Of a stretch of 64,000 bases of DNA, positions 13,769 to 24,470 are shown one piece after another. The stretch spans positions 1,051,771 to 1,115,770 of the forward strand of contig RDEW01000013.1 in assembly GCA_011109175.1 (NCBI GenBank). Reading direction: 5' to 3'. How positions within the stretch are numbered: the first letter of the stretch is position 1; each line of letters starts with the position of its first letter. The notes under the pieces were generated by a model, which searched no databases, had not been told where the DNA came from, and saw nothing but the letters and a program-made list of their open reading frames with translations. Source of the DNA: Dicyema japonicum (lineage: Eukaryota; Animalia; Dicyemida). Made by a program: the position numbers and the translations under genes.

Positions 13769-14296
13769 ATGTACGCTGCGATTTTCTGTGTTTTATTTCT
13801 AAAAGTCAATTCTTCTCCTAGTAATGATGAAATAGAAATTAATAATTGTGGTACTAAAATATTAAAAATATAAACTTAGATGGAAGTACTAGCGAAGCCA
13901 AAATTATTAAAAGATTGTATGGTCTTGGGACTGAATTTTATTAATAACTACATTACATTTCACACCAAGTAATTTGTGAGTTTTATTAGATTTGACTACA
14001 ACTTCTTTAAAAGGAGATTTTACTGTTATTCGTGGGAGCAGGTGTTCTTCCGATCAAGCCCTAAATTATGAGGGAAATATAATTAAATATGAATGTGGGA
14101 GTTGTGTTTTGATCAATGGGAACCCATCTGTGCTTCAATTAAATAATAAACAAATATCGGGGAAAAGACTGGTTGTTTGTTTGAACAATTATAGAATCGC
14201 TGCTTGGACTTAAAATTCAAATTGAAGGACCGTAATGGTAATTCCATCATTTGTGTTATTTTCCCGGTTTCGTTACTAGTAATACCGTTTGATTAG
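13769..14296 (+). CDS. ML-domain protein type A copy 2 (one apparent frameshift in exon 2)
   Basis: Same three introns as copy 1; exon 3 open; ends IICVIFPVSLLVIPFD*. Confidence 0.68.
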
Positions 14297-15209
14297 TTCT
14301 CGATATTCACTTTGGGGTTAAATTGGGTTTTGTGTTGACTAACTGTCAATTTAATTTAAATTAAGGAAATTAGGATTTTTAATTGAGTATTTTATATATG
14401 TCTCCATAAAGCTTGAACTCCCTATTTCTCCTGTTTGAAAAACTCATACAAAATCTACGAATCCCCATCGATAACTTCAACTAAGCTTTAATGATTAAGT
14501 AAATTTGACTGTGAATTCAGAAATATTTGATAAAAATTTCCGCCTTTTTTTTAAATCTCAAAAATGTGCCACTGAAATATCTTCCTGAAAATCATTATAA
14601 GTGACTTATTTAAAGACTAAAGAAAACCTTTATTGAATTAATTCTGTATTGTCTATAACTAACAAACTCTTTCTATTTTAACGATGATGATCTCACTGTC
14701 AAATGCTAGAAACACTCAAATAGCTAAGATAATGTTCAAAATCACCTAAGCATTCTGTCTAACTTTCTCCACCTGTCGAAGTATAATAGACCGATAGAAA
14801 AGCAACACAGTCTTTCTAATCCCTAACTAACCTATTTCTTTTCCTGGACAAACCGAAAAAAACTACTGATAATCTGAAAAATTGATTTTGTTATGATATC
14901 GAGTTTGATAGGAAAACGTCATAAATAATCACAAAATAGATTTGTCAGTAACTCTCTTATCAGTATCTCAATAATAATGTCAATTTCATGGAATTTTGCT
15001 CTTAGATATGTGGCGTTACTGTTTTTAAAAATTTTGTGAACACAAAAGTTTCCTTGAACAGTATAACTGATTCTTTTGTTATACTGTGAATTCCTTTTCG
15101 AACACCATCTTATCAGTTAGTTATATGTATAACGATTTTTGACTCATAAATCCAAGTTTTGACCTAATTGACTTTATGTAGATTTTATGTTGTCTCAGGA
15201 AAGCCTATG

Positions 15210-16460
15210 CCTTCCGTCGTAGGAAAAAGTTTTTTTCCTTTCCTACATTAGTGATGGTTTCTATAATTGTAGATATCGATCGATTGTTTGATAATGACAC
15301 GTCTTACTCAGATCGTGGGAACAGGATACAATCTATTTATTTATTAACCCCAAGCTTATAATCTTTGTTAACACAACACAAACAGTCGTGAATAACTGAT
15401 CCAACGAGAACGTCTTTTTGCGACGACCAAATCCATCTGCTTGTGTTGAACAAAGCAAAACATTAATTTTTGATGATGAAGACTTAGCCAATTGTAGAAA
15501 GGGTATTGAGGTTTGTAAGGTTGAATAACCTCTTTTGAATCCATGTAGCGAGATAAAAATGGAAGAGACGGGGTTTAAAATTAAGAATCAGTTTTTCCAA
15601 TAATTTTGAGTGCATAGTAAAGAGATTTGTCGAAATGATGCAGGATTATTCTTAGGCTTCCAGGCTTAAGGATAGGGCTTATATAGTACAGTTTCCAGAT
15701 AGGTAGAATTGTATTCATGTTTATTGAATTGTAGAAAATCACTGTGATTGCATCAATTGCAATGGGTCTATAGTGTTTTAGTAAGATAACAGAGATAGAA
15801 TCAGGCCCACGTGAGAGGGAAGAATTCATCCACTTCAAACCCTCACTGTCATCTGAGCGTGAGATAAAGTCGATCGGCTGGATTCTCTTCCGTCTATTGA
15901 GGACAAAGAAGGCCCATCTATTTTCCTGAAAGTTTTGTGGCTTATACTGGCGTAATATATCATAAGTATGTTAAGACTGTGCTGATCCTTCTGCTGTTTT
16001 GTGTTGAAATGTCATTTTGGGCCGAATTGTTTAATTACTCTCCATACTGTCTGAGCGGATTTCTAAAATGGAAGGGACGATACTAGTTTGCAATGTTAGT
16101 CGGCTTCAGCTCTTTAATTATTTTTGATATTTCGTCATTTAGAGTTTTTGTTTGACTTTTTCTGTCCGAGAAAGGAAGGTACTGTGTTGAAGGAACTGTT
16201 TTGATGCGAATAATGATTGTGGTCTGAAGATAATCCATAATGTACCGTACAAGATGTGTCCGGTGCATAGTTTTGAGAACAGAAGGTAATGTCCGAAGAC
16301 ATTGATGAAAAAGTCCAATTGTGCTTCCTGGAGACTGGCAAATGTTTATGAGAGAGGTATGTGCACCTCGTTGAAATCTAAAAACGGTATTAAGAATTCG
16401 AAGAAGTTTTTGAGGCATACCCACCTGATCATATCTACAATTTGGATGATACATGAATTC
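15210..16460 (-). mobile_element. Duplicate of the degenerate LINE at 1500-2770
   Basis: Part of the segmental duplication; same RT motifs. Confidence 0.8.
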
Positions 16461-17780
16461 CATCCAGAAGTATATGTAATCCCCATTTATGTATATTAAA
16501 AATTTAAAATAAATAAAAATTTTAAAGATAGAGTTTTTGTGTACAAAATGTACAAGTCAAGTCACTATTAATAAGAAAAGCAAAGATTGATGTTTTAAAA
16601 AAATATGGTTGTAGTGAGCAGCTTTTTGAGTCTCTATTAAAAATGGTAAACCTCACTCCAGGACGAACGACAATGAACTGATTTGGACCTAATAAACCAT
16701 ACTTCCCGCAAGTCTCTTCCCTTCCCTGTTCGATAACCCGTAACCTAGGTCACAGTAGCTCGACACCTACCACTAAGCCATCCGGAAAATATTTGTCTTG
16801 AATAAAAACTCATATTCATTATATTTCGTTTAATTCGCTTCCTCTTTCATACGCCTTTCAAACTTTTTCAACACCAACAGAGACGCCAAAGGCATCCTAC
16901 CATTAAGATACCAAATAGGATCCGTTCCATGTAAGAGCAGCCTCCATGACTCAACTGACCCTATATAGTGTGACAGCTAACGAGTATTGTTGTAAAAATT
17001 AATTTTTTCTGTCGTTATTGATTGCCCAAGTGTCGACGTGGCTGACTATTGTCGTTACTGATTGACGAAATGTCGTTATTGATAGGAAAATCCTATATTA
17101 CAAATTTCCACGTCAATAGATTCAAATTCCTTCAGTTTAGCATCATTCAAGGTAATTAAGGACATTTGTTATATAAATTCAATTGAGTTTTCCCAAAAAT
17201 ATAAATTGAAAGCATAATTTATTTTTCATAGGGTCGCGATCATGAGGTCTAACTCCCACGGCGTACTCAGTGCCTGTAGGCCATCATGGAGGCCATGTCA
17301 TAATAACTGACTTAATGATTCAATTTTTTTAATTTTTTATTATTTAAAAAAAATTAATTTGTGGTTTTTAAATATGTATTATTATTAAATTAATGTAATT
17401 TTTAATTTTATTTCAATCCCGAAATCGAGTTTGTCTATCATTTTAGCGTGGAAGCTTCGAGAATTAAGTTATCCAAAAGTGAATGTTTGACGACAAATAT
17501 TGAAGTTCATGGAAAGTAAGTGACATCAATTTAGTGAAAGTACTCATTCTAAACTATCTTGTGTTCATGAGAATGGAGGAAACATTAGCTTGGAGGATTA
17601 TATTTGAAAATAAATATCTACGTTTTTTGGAAAAACCCTCCTTTTTTATATCCAAATTGATGGAAGGACTCCTAACATGACCACAAAGAAATACTTGAGA
17701 ATTAACAGAAAATATTTAAATTATTAATTAATTAATTGTTTTATTTTTGTATATTTATTTAAATAATTTAAATCTTAATA

Positions 17781-18224
17781 ATGAATAACGAGAAAGACAA
17801 GTAATAAATTATTAAAATTAGACTTCCTGGTTATATTTACGAATATCTCTACCACGTTGGGCTGGATCAATAGCAAAAAATTTTATTACCGAGGTAAGAT
17901 TATATTTATGTGGATCAACTACGACAAGCCTGTAAGTGTTGGAGAGTCTCCTGGCTTTATTTCTCGTCAGGTGGTGGGAGTAAGTTATAATTTTAATGAG
18001 TATATTCTACTCTTTTTTCCGTGATTGTGACCATCCTCGTGTTGAATCTGACCTTTATCATCAGATTCCATATTATGACCAGTATTGCAATCTACCTAAT
18101 TTTATTGTCCTCCAGGTGTTGTTGGTTGATTATATTCTATTCGTAAATTAATTTAGTAGAAAAGTCCATGCAAAGCAGCCATGATAACTCTGAAGGGAAG
18201 GATTTTACTTATTCTTCTACATGA
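17781..18224 (+). pseudogene. SSBP/SSDP-family (LisH/LUFS domain) gene, damaged
   Basis: Spliced and frame-corrected it reads MNNEKDKLPGYIYEYLYHVGLDQ-AKNFITE/INYDKPVSVGESPGFLVRWWD/IFYSFF, versus SSBP [52 protein letters not shown]. Introns at 17801-17821, 17894-17913 (acceptor reads GG) and 17980-18000. Has a 1-bp deletion and a 4-bp insertion. 3' end uncertain. Confidence 0.82.
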
Positions 18225-18254
18225 CTGCATAATTTACTTTTAACCTTCAATATT

Positions 18255-18421
18255 TAATAATAATAATACTGCACTTTACAAAGAGTCATTTAAGCCATAG
18301 CTCCTCCCAGACAGGAGGAGGGAAACCGAGGAATGCTCCTTACTTCTATTTTTGTTGGGAGTAAGTCCTTTTGTAGATGATACGGTTTCGCAGTGAGATG
18401 TTCACTGCTGACAGCGTCACA
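18255..18421 (-). mobile_element. SINE variant with shared body and a different 3' tail
   Basis: Minus strand gtgacgctgtcagcagtgaacatctcactgcg...cattcctcggtt aligns to the SINE body, followed by an unrelated hairpin-containing tail and (TAT)n. Confidence 0.65.
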
Positions 18422-18826
18422 CTTCAATTATAACAAGATTACCTTAAAAATATAAATTATATTTCCCATTCCAACAGTATCTGTGGTTACATTTATCTTA
18501 AACAGATTGGAGGGTTTTATACAAGATTTTGCTGAATAAACTAAACAGAAGCTATTAAAATTAACAAGATCGTATTTTTTGAAAGAAAATCTATGCTGGA
18601 CATGTTGTGTCTATAAGGCTAGCTAGCCATCATGGTATTGTCGCAAACGAAACGTCTGGCTTTCCATTGAGAGCCGGCATTCAAATCAATCTAAAGTTAC
18701 AGGAACACGATTAAAGGGACCAGAGTCAAATTCGAGAATTTTATTGTCTCGAGAAGGTACGGGACAACAAGTATCTGACACACTACGAGTATAGCCCTCA
18801 AGAATTCAAGAAGTAAGTTCATCATT

Positions 18827-19473
18827 ATTATTATATTATAAAGCACAACGTCTTGCCATTGGAAATGACAAAACCAGTGCAGTACCAAACATTAATCTTT
18901 TAGTTAATTTTCTCCACTTTCCACGATCATGAGCCAAATCCCTCAAGTAATCCATATCACCAGCTATAAATAAAAGTGCGGAGTCGGCCAATTCTAAATA
19001 TAAATCTGATAAATCTGAGAAGTCATCAAATAGAGCCGGATCTTTGTTAATCCAACCACTGTGAGGTGCGTATACATTGATAATGGAGACAATGTCAGTG
19101 CTTGCTTTGGGATTCATAAACTTCATTTGTAGAACTCTGATGCGGTCATTAACTGCCCATACTCTGTAGATATGGGGGAGAAATTCCATTTTGATGGCAA
19201 AACCCAGTCCATAGTGCCTTTTGACAGTCGGAAGAAAGATCAATTTGAATTTACCACATGTTTCTTCGTGGTTATCTTGGATTTTGGTTTCCTGTAGGCA
19301 ACCGATTGCGACATCGTAATTATGTAGGTCTTGACAGAGGGAGGTCCTTTTCCAAAAAGAGGTTAGGCCTCGGACGTTGAATGAGAACAGCGAGAATTTC
19401 TCCAAAAGATAAGGTTCGTACTTTTCAGACATGTTAATACTTTATTAGAGCCACGTCACCAGCTCAACCAAAA
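18827..19473 (-). mobile_element. Internally deleted RTE element (APE N-terminus fused to the RTE C-terminus), TSD-flanked
   Basis: 198-aa ORF 18836-19432 with FNVRGL, CLQETK, GLGF, INVYAPH and IAGD, fused to DLAHDRGKWRKL. (TAA)n tail. 16-bp TSD aagtaagttcatcatt at 18811-18826 and 19474-19489. Confidence 0.88.
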
Positions 19474-20438
19474 AAGTAAGTTCATCATTCCACTGAAAAT
19501 ACGAAACGAATTTCGTTAGTGAGGAGGAATCCTTAATAGAAAAACTGGAAATAGATCATTACTAATATTGAAGACTAAAGAGGCTTCCATCAAAACAGAG
19601 ACTGGCGGTGGTTTTGCAGAATTGATCAGAGATATTTGAAATGCTTATAATAACAGGGGGTAACTTAAGGTTGTTTGTCTGAATATTAGTGCTTGGCATG
19701 GTGGTCTTTCACAAACTTAACCGAAGGGTAATATTGGAGAACGACTCTTTCATGGCTGAGTTTTTCAGAGTAAATCTTAAGCTTGAAAAAATATCTTAAA
19801 ACTCATAATGAGGTCGGATTTCAGTATCCTGAAGCCTAAGATATGGAAGACTGCTTCAGGATCTTCTGCCTATATTCTTGTGGGGGCCACTGGAACCAGA
19901 AATTGCATCAATGATTAAATTTTTTGGAATCCTCAAAAATCTTTGTTATAAAGAGGGAATCATATACCCGATCTTCATTTTGATAATGCACGTCTTCATT
20001 ATTCTACTGATTGAAATAGCAAACCTCAATGTTCAATATTAACCCCATACTCACCATTTCTCAATCCAGTAGTGAATTTTAGCACGTGGAAATTATGTTT
20101 CCAGATAAGGGGATGAAAATGAGAAAATTTAAATAGGTTTTTTTTACCATTAAAAATTTAGTGGGGCTATTGGTCGGGAAACCCTATAAAATACCTTGGA
20201 GGTGGGTGGATCTGAGGTGATCTTTCAAGGATCATATCAATAGTAGAGAGAGAGAGCTTAGGAGATGTCAAACTGTGGTTCTTAACGGGGGCGCTGATTT
20301 TTTATTCTTTTGATTATTATCAGTAGTAGGTTTTATAAATAATTTATCATTTGCTTTTCTAATTAATTCTACTTTTCTTTAGTGTACTTTTGTAAAAAAA
20401 TATTTACTGATATATTTTCTAATTGTATTTAAACATAG

Positions 20439-20780
20439 ATGTGTGGTAAAAAAGTAAAACAACGTATATATTCGGATGAATACTTAAGATTTGGAGTAAT
20501 GCCCTACGAGCATAACAAATAACTTTCTATGTGTCTTATGTTTAAGAAGGTCTTTGAAGGAATGACGCCCACAAGAATGTCAAATCATCTTAAGATTTTT
20601 CATCGAGAAACTTGATTTTGTATGTTAATTAGTTCACAAACATACAAAATCAGAAAACCTCATACTATTGGAGAGTCCTTAATATAGCTGTCAAAGAAAT
20701 ATTTGATTTAATGGTTGACTGTGATTCTGCTCAAATAAGTTAATCAATTCCTCTCAGCAATAGTTCTGTCTCCTCCGAAT
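20439..20780 (+). mobile_element. hAT (Charlie/Buster-type) transposase remnant
   Basis: RIYSDEYLRFGVMP...CLM...MTPTRMSNHLKIFH (BED-like), KPHTIGESL and IPLSNSSV motifs, with stops. Confidence 0.8.
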
Positions 20781-21285
20781 TGATGAAATGCAAAAAAATT
20801 AAATTTTATTAACTAAAATTAATGTGAGAATTAAAATTAATGTGATCTGCTTTTTTCTTTTATTCTTTCAAAATAGGAACTCAGTTTGATGACGGCGTAC
20901 GTGAGAGTTGTATAAGATGTTCATCAGTTAGTTGGTTGCGAAATTTGGTTTAGATTCCTGTGATTCTGTTGAACAGAGCTTCACAACGCATTCGTAACCA
21001 AATTGGGGGTTTTAAAATTGAAATTCTACTCCAAATTGTAATAGTTGATTTTTGTTAAATATTGTGGTGAGCTCTATATCCGACTGCAATTCAATGAGCT
21101 CCATTTGAAATTCGTCTGGAGCGTTGCAGGATCTATTTCTATAGGAGTAGAAAATAATTTCATAATTGGAAAGGCATCCTTGAAATTATTAAAAATTCTA
21201 TCAAATTCTTCATTTAATAACTTGAGTATATTTAACACGTTTTTTAAATAATATTAATTTATTTAAATTTAATGCAAAAAATATT

Positions 21286-21417
21286 CCTTTTTGGACGACG
21301 ATTCTTTGAGGATTGGAATCGGACAAAGGCTGGGACTAGACGTTTGCCAGGAGCACCGATGCCGATGCGGGAAAACAGTCGATGCGAAGGGATTGCACCC
21401 GCTGTCCTGCAGAAGAA
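21286..21417 (+). repeat. Isolated ~130-bp internal copy of the young CRE element (matches 40713-40843)
   Basis: Near-perfect identity; no 3' tail; lies in AT-rich context. Confidence 0.92.
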
Positions 21418-22446
21418 AAAATTAATGTGATAAAATTGTGATGATTATTATTATGAAAACTCTTCCGAATAAGAATGATGTCCGCGATAGTAGGACGTGT
21501 GTTAAAATAGAGGGGGCCGACCTACCTCTCCATCTCTCTTCGAAAGTGGAAGCCTCTATTAGACTATTGGAGACTGATCGATTAACACAAGCTGATGTTC
21601 CCCCTTGGATTCGTTCATTGGATTAATTGTGGACCATTTGTGGCGGGTTTACTTGGGGTTGATAAGTGGCAACCAGATGATCGGTTCTCCCAAAGTATTT
21701 CTGCTCTTACGCCGAGAAGCTTGTCGATATCAAGGCTTATGAGGGCTTTAGTGGATATCCAGTCATGGATTATTTTCTGTCAGGACGGTGAGGCTCAGTT
21801 TCTGAAATGGTTCGTAGAATCCGAATTTCATCACCGAGATAGGAATAATTTTCCTTTTTGTGGATACCCAAAGGCAGTCAGCTGGATGTCTGAAAACCAC
21901 TATTCGATATGAAACCACGAAGAATATATTGTGTCAGCAGTAAGCAGGCATTCTATAAAAACATAACAGCAGCTTCGAAAGATGGGAAAGATGTAAAAAA
22001 AGTCATGGGGAACTTATTCCAATATGAATCCTACTTCCACTTTTATAGCTAGCACATGTCTTCTTACTCTTCAAAAATGGACTGTTGGTTTATGATTATT
22101 ATGATCAGGAGAGATCATAGAAGACGTCTATCGAGTGTAAGAGCCAGACTCAGAGAACAAAAGGAGATATCAGGGGGTATTCGACTGTTCGAGAAATAAA
22201 ACACGACGGGTGGGTAAACTTGGGTCGTTCAAGACAATTAGATCCACATAATGACTGTGCAAGATGTTAAGTAATCAGAAATTTGTGATACATGCTTCTT
22301 TCTTATCTAGATGTTGTACATTTTTTTGAAGTATATGGTAGCCAGTATTTTCTTTCGATTATATTTATTTTATTAATAATTATAATAATTTTAATTTATA
22401 AATTTGTTAAATAATCAATTTTGTAATATCTCTGTTTCTTTTTGTT

Positions 22447-22780
22447 ATGTCAGGTTGAATACAATTAAAAATGCTTAGAATCTGAAGAATCAGTGAGGAC
22501 ATCAGAGCAATGTCTTGAATATTTTTCGAATTTGGGGTATTATTCAAACGAGGGATTGAAATTTGGAGGAGACTATATAATATACCCTTATTCCCCTGAT
22601 CAATGTCATTCAAGTCATGTGGTTTGGTGTGTTCACAAAGCTTTGGTTGATATCCTGGATCTTGTCACTAGGACTCGACTTGCCAACGACGTAGCAAAAT
22701 CACTAGTGATTGTCTCAAAATCAGATTCTGATATAAAGACTCTTACTTTTACGAGATTTTCGTTTCATAAAGATAAGTAA
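22447..22780 (+). CDS. TSEN34: tRNA-splicing endonuclease catalytic subunit (TSEN34/Sen34-like), about 102 aa
   Basis: GYYSNEGLKFGGDYIIYP..P..CHSSH...LDLVTRTRLANDVAKSLVIV carries the Y/H/K triad. ATG at 22447 with a 25-nt intron at 22454-22478 is in frame. Sen2 is not fully excluded. Confidence 0.82.
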
Positions 22781-23129
22781 ATGTTTGATATGGTTGTTTT
22801 TATTGAGTTTTTTGTCTACATGACGAATGTGGCCAAGGAAACTGAACCTTGAGGTATCCTTCAATAGGTGTTGACAACAAGAGTATGTTGATATTTTGGG
22901 AGAAGGAGTGGTCAGATACCCAATATTATCTATGAGCTTGTCGATCATGAGATGTGTTAATGTGGATTAAAGGAACGAGAGTTCACTATGGAGGTTTGTT
23001 GAATGTAAACATCGCCATTTGCTAAGCGAGTTGTTGAGGAGGGAAGAAGACAAAACACGTGTTTTGATTCAGAAAATGGTAGGTAAGGTTTGGTGGCCTT
23101 CACAGTCTTATAGGCATTGATTCTCTGTG

Positions 23130-23800
23130 TTTCATTTTGCATGCTCCCACTGTCTAAATGTACGCTTTCACTTTTTCCCCAGTTTTGAGGACGTCCAGAG
23201 AACCTCAACAATCTTGAGACAATTCTCCCCTCCCAAAAAAGCGTGATTTTTATTTTTGTCATGACAAAAATGTATGGTTTTTTTTGCTCTTTCTCCGTAC
23301 GTACACTTACTGATTGTAGTGTCTACTCGCTGAAATTTCGTTTGCCACACAGATTCTTGGTTTTTCTTATCTCACGGCATAAGTGAACTATTCAGCATTC
23401 TTCTACACATAATTGCCAGGTGTTAGGTCAACAACCGTTTTCTGATATCGACATTTAACCTGTCCATAGCTTTCCTCTACAAAGACTTCGAATTAGTCAC
23501 AGACTCGTTTAGAGTTTCTCTCAATCCTAGCCCCATCAAAAAACTATTCAACTTCCTCCAGAATCCATTGTATTTCTTTAATGAGACAACAGATTTATCC
23601 ATAACGAGGTAATTAGTCGAATGTAAGTCGTATGTGACCCGGATTTCCCATCGTAACTCTCGGGAATTTCCATTTAGTATTTGACTCAGAGGGTCCATAC
23701 TCGGAGTTTGCATCCTCGGTGGCAGTGAATCGGCCATTCATGTTGTATGCTCCTTTTATCTTATTGTTACTGTGAAAAGCCGAGAATTATTGCTAAATTA
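23130..23800 (-). mobile_element. Degraded RTE 3' region
   Basis: GFWRKLNSF...LRETLNESV...DIRKRLL...MCRRMLNS resembles the RTE post-RT region. Confidence 0.5.
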
Positions 23801-23879
23801 GACGTTTCCATGTCTTCAATCCGATGAGAACGGACTATGTGCATGAAACAATATTGCTGAACCCCACATTATCCACATT

Positions 23880-24470
23880 GCGAACCTAGTGTCCTCAGCT
23901 GATCTCGTTGTTGGTAATGAGTCTCTTAAATCATCGAAAGGGATCCAACAAAGTGATCCTTTTAGATATGGCCTCGTCTATGTGATTCGGGTTACAATTT
24001 TTAGTATTTGGCCGTTTTTCGATTTAGGCTCAACGCTTATGTACAGTCTAGAATTACTTCTTCTTATTCTTAGCAGATGTTCCCCCGAGATTTGTAATCT
24101 TTGACTCTCGCAGGATGAATTCTCTGAATGAATTCAAGATCATGACTTTTCTTACAATGCTGATATTACGGCCAAGGAAGACCTTTTGATATTGGGCTTA
24201 TCTATTTCCCCCATATTCTCAATAAGATACCATCAGAGATCGGTAGAGCATATTCGAAAACTGGACCTGGACCAATCAGCCTCTTCCACCTACAGCGGTC
24301 TGCCTCCTTTTTGGATCAGGTCGTGAAGCGCACTCTTAAGGCGATTTTCGTCGCCTCTGAAAGCGGCAGGCCTGAACTGTGTAATGGAAAGCACCCTGAA
24401 GGCATCAGGGTCTTCCTTTTCTCTCACGGGAAATGCATGATCTGGGAAAGAGGTCCACACATACCTTTAA
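23880..24470 (+). mobile_element. Degraded CRE-clade fragments
   Basis: LVVGNESLKSSKGIQQSDP (RT) and PELCNGKHPEGIRVFLFSHGKCMIWE (RLE). More CRE-like scraps near 24870-25110, 26760-27200, 30210-30470, 32030-32210 and 33160-34140. Confidence 0.6.

Larger units (their letters stand above)
13699..16888 (+). repeat. Segmental duplicate of window 1-~4370 with an internal ~1.13-kb deletion
   Basis: Near-identical to 1-3183, then jumps at an aatt microhomology to the sequence at 4314-4370, which removes the SINE. Confidence 0.92.

Noticed and set aside
22781-23100. Possible gene directly downstream of TSEN34
   Set aside because: Coding-like composition, but no consistent spliced ORF on either strand.
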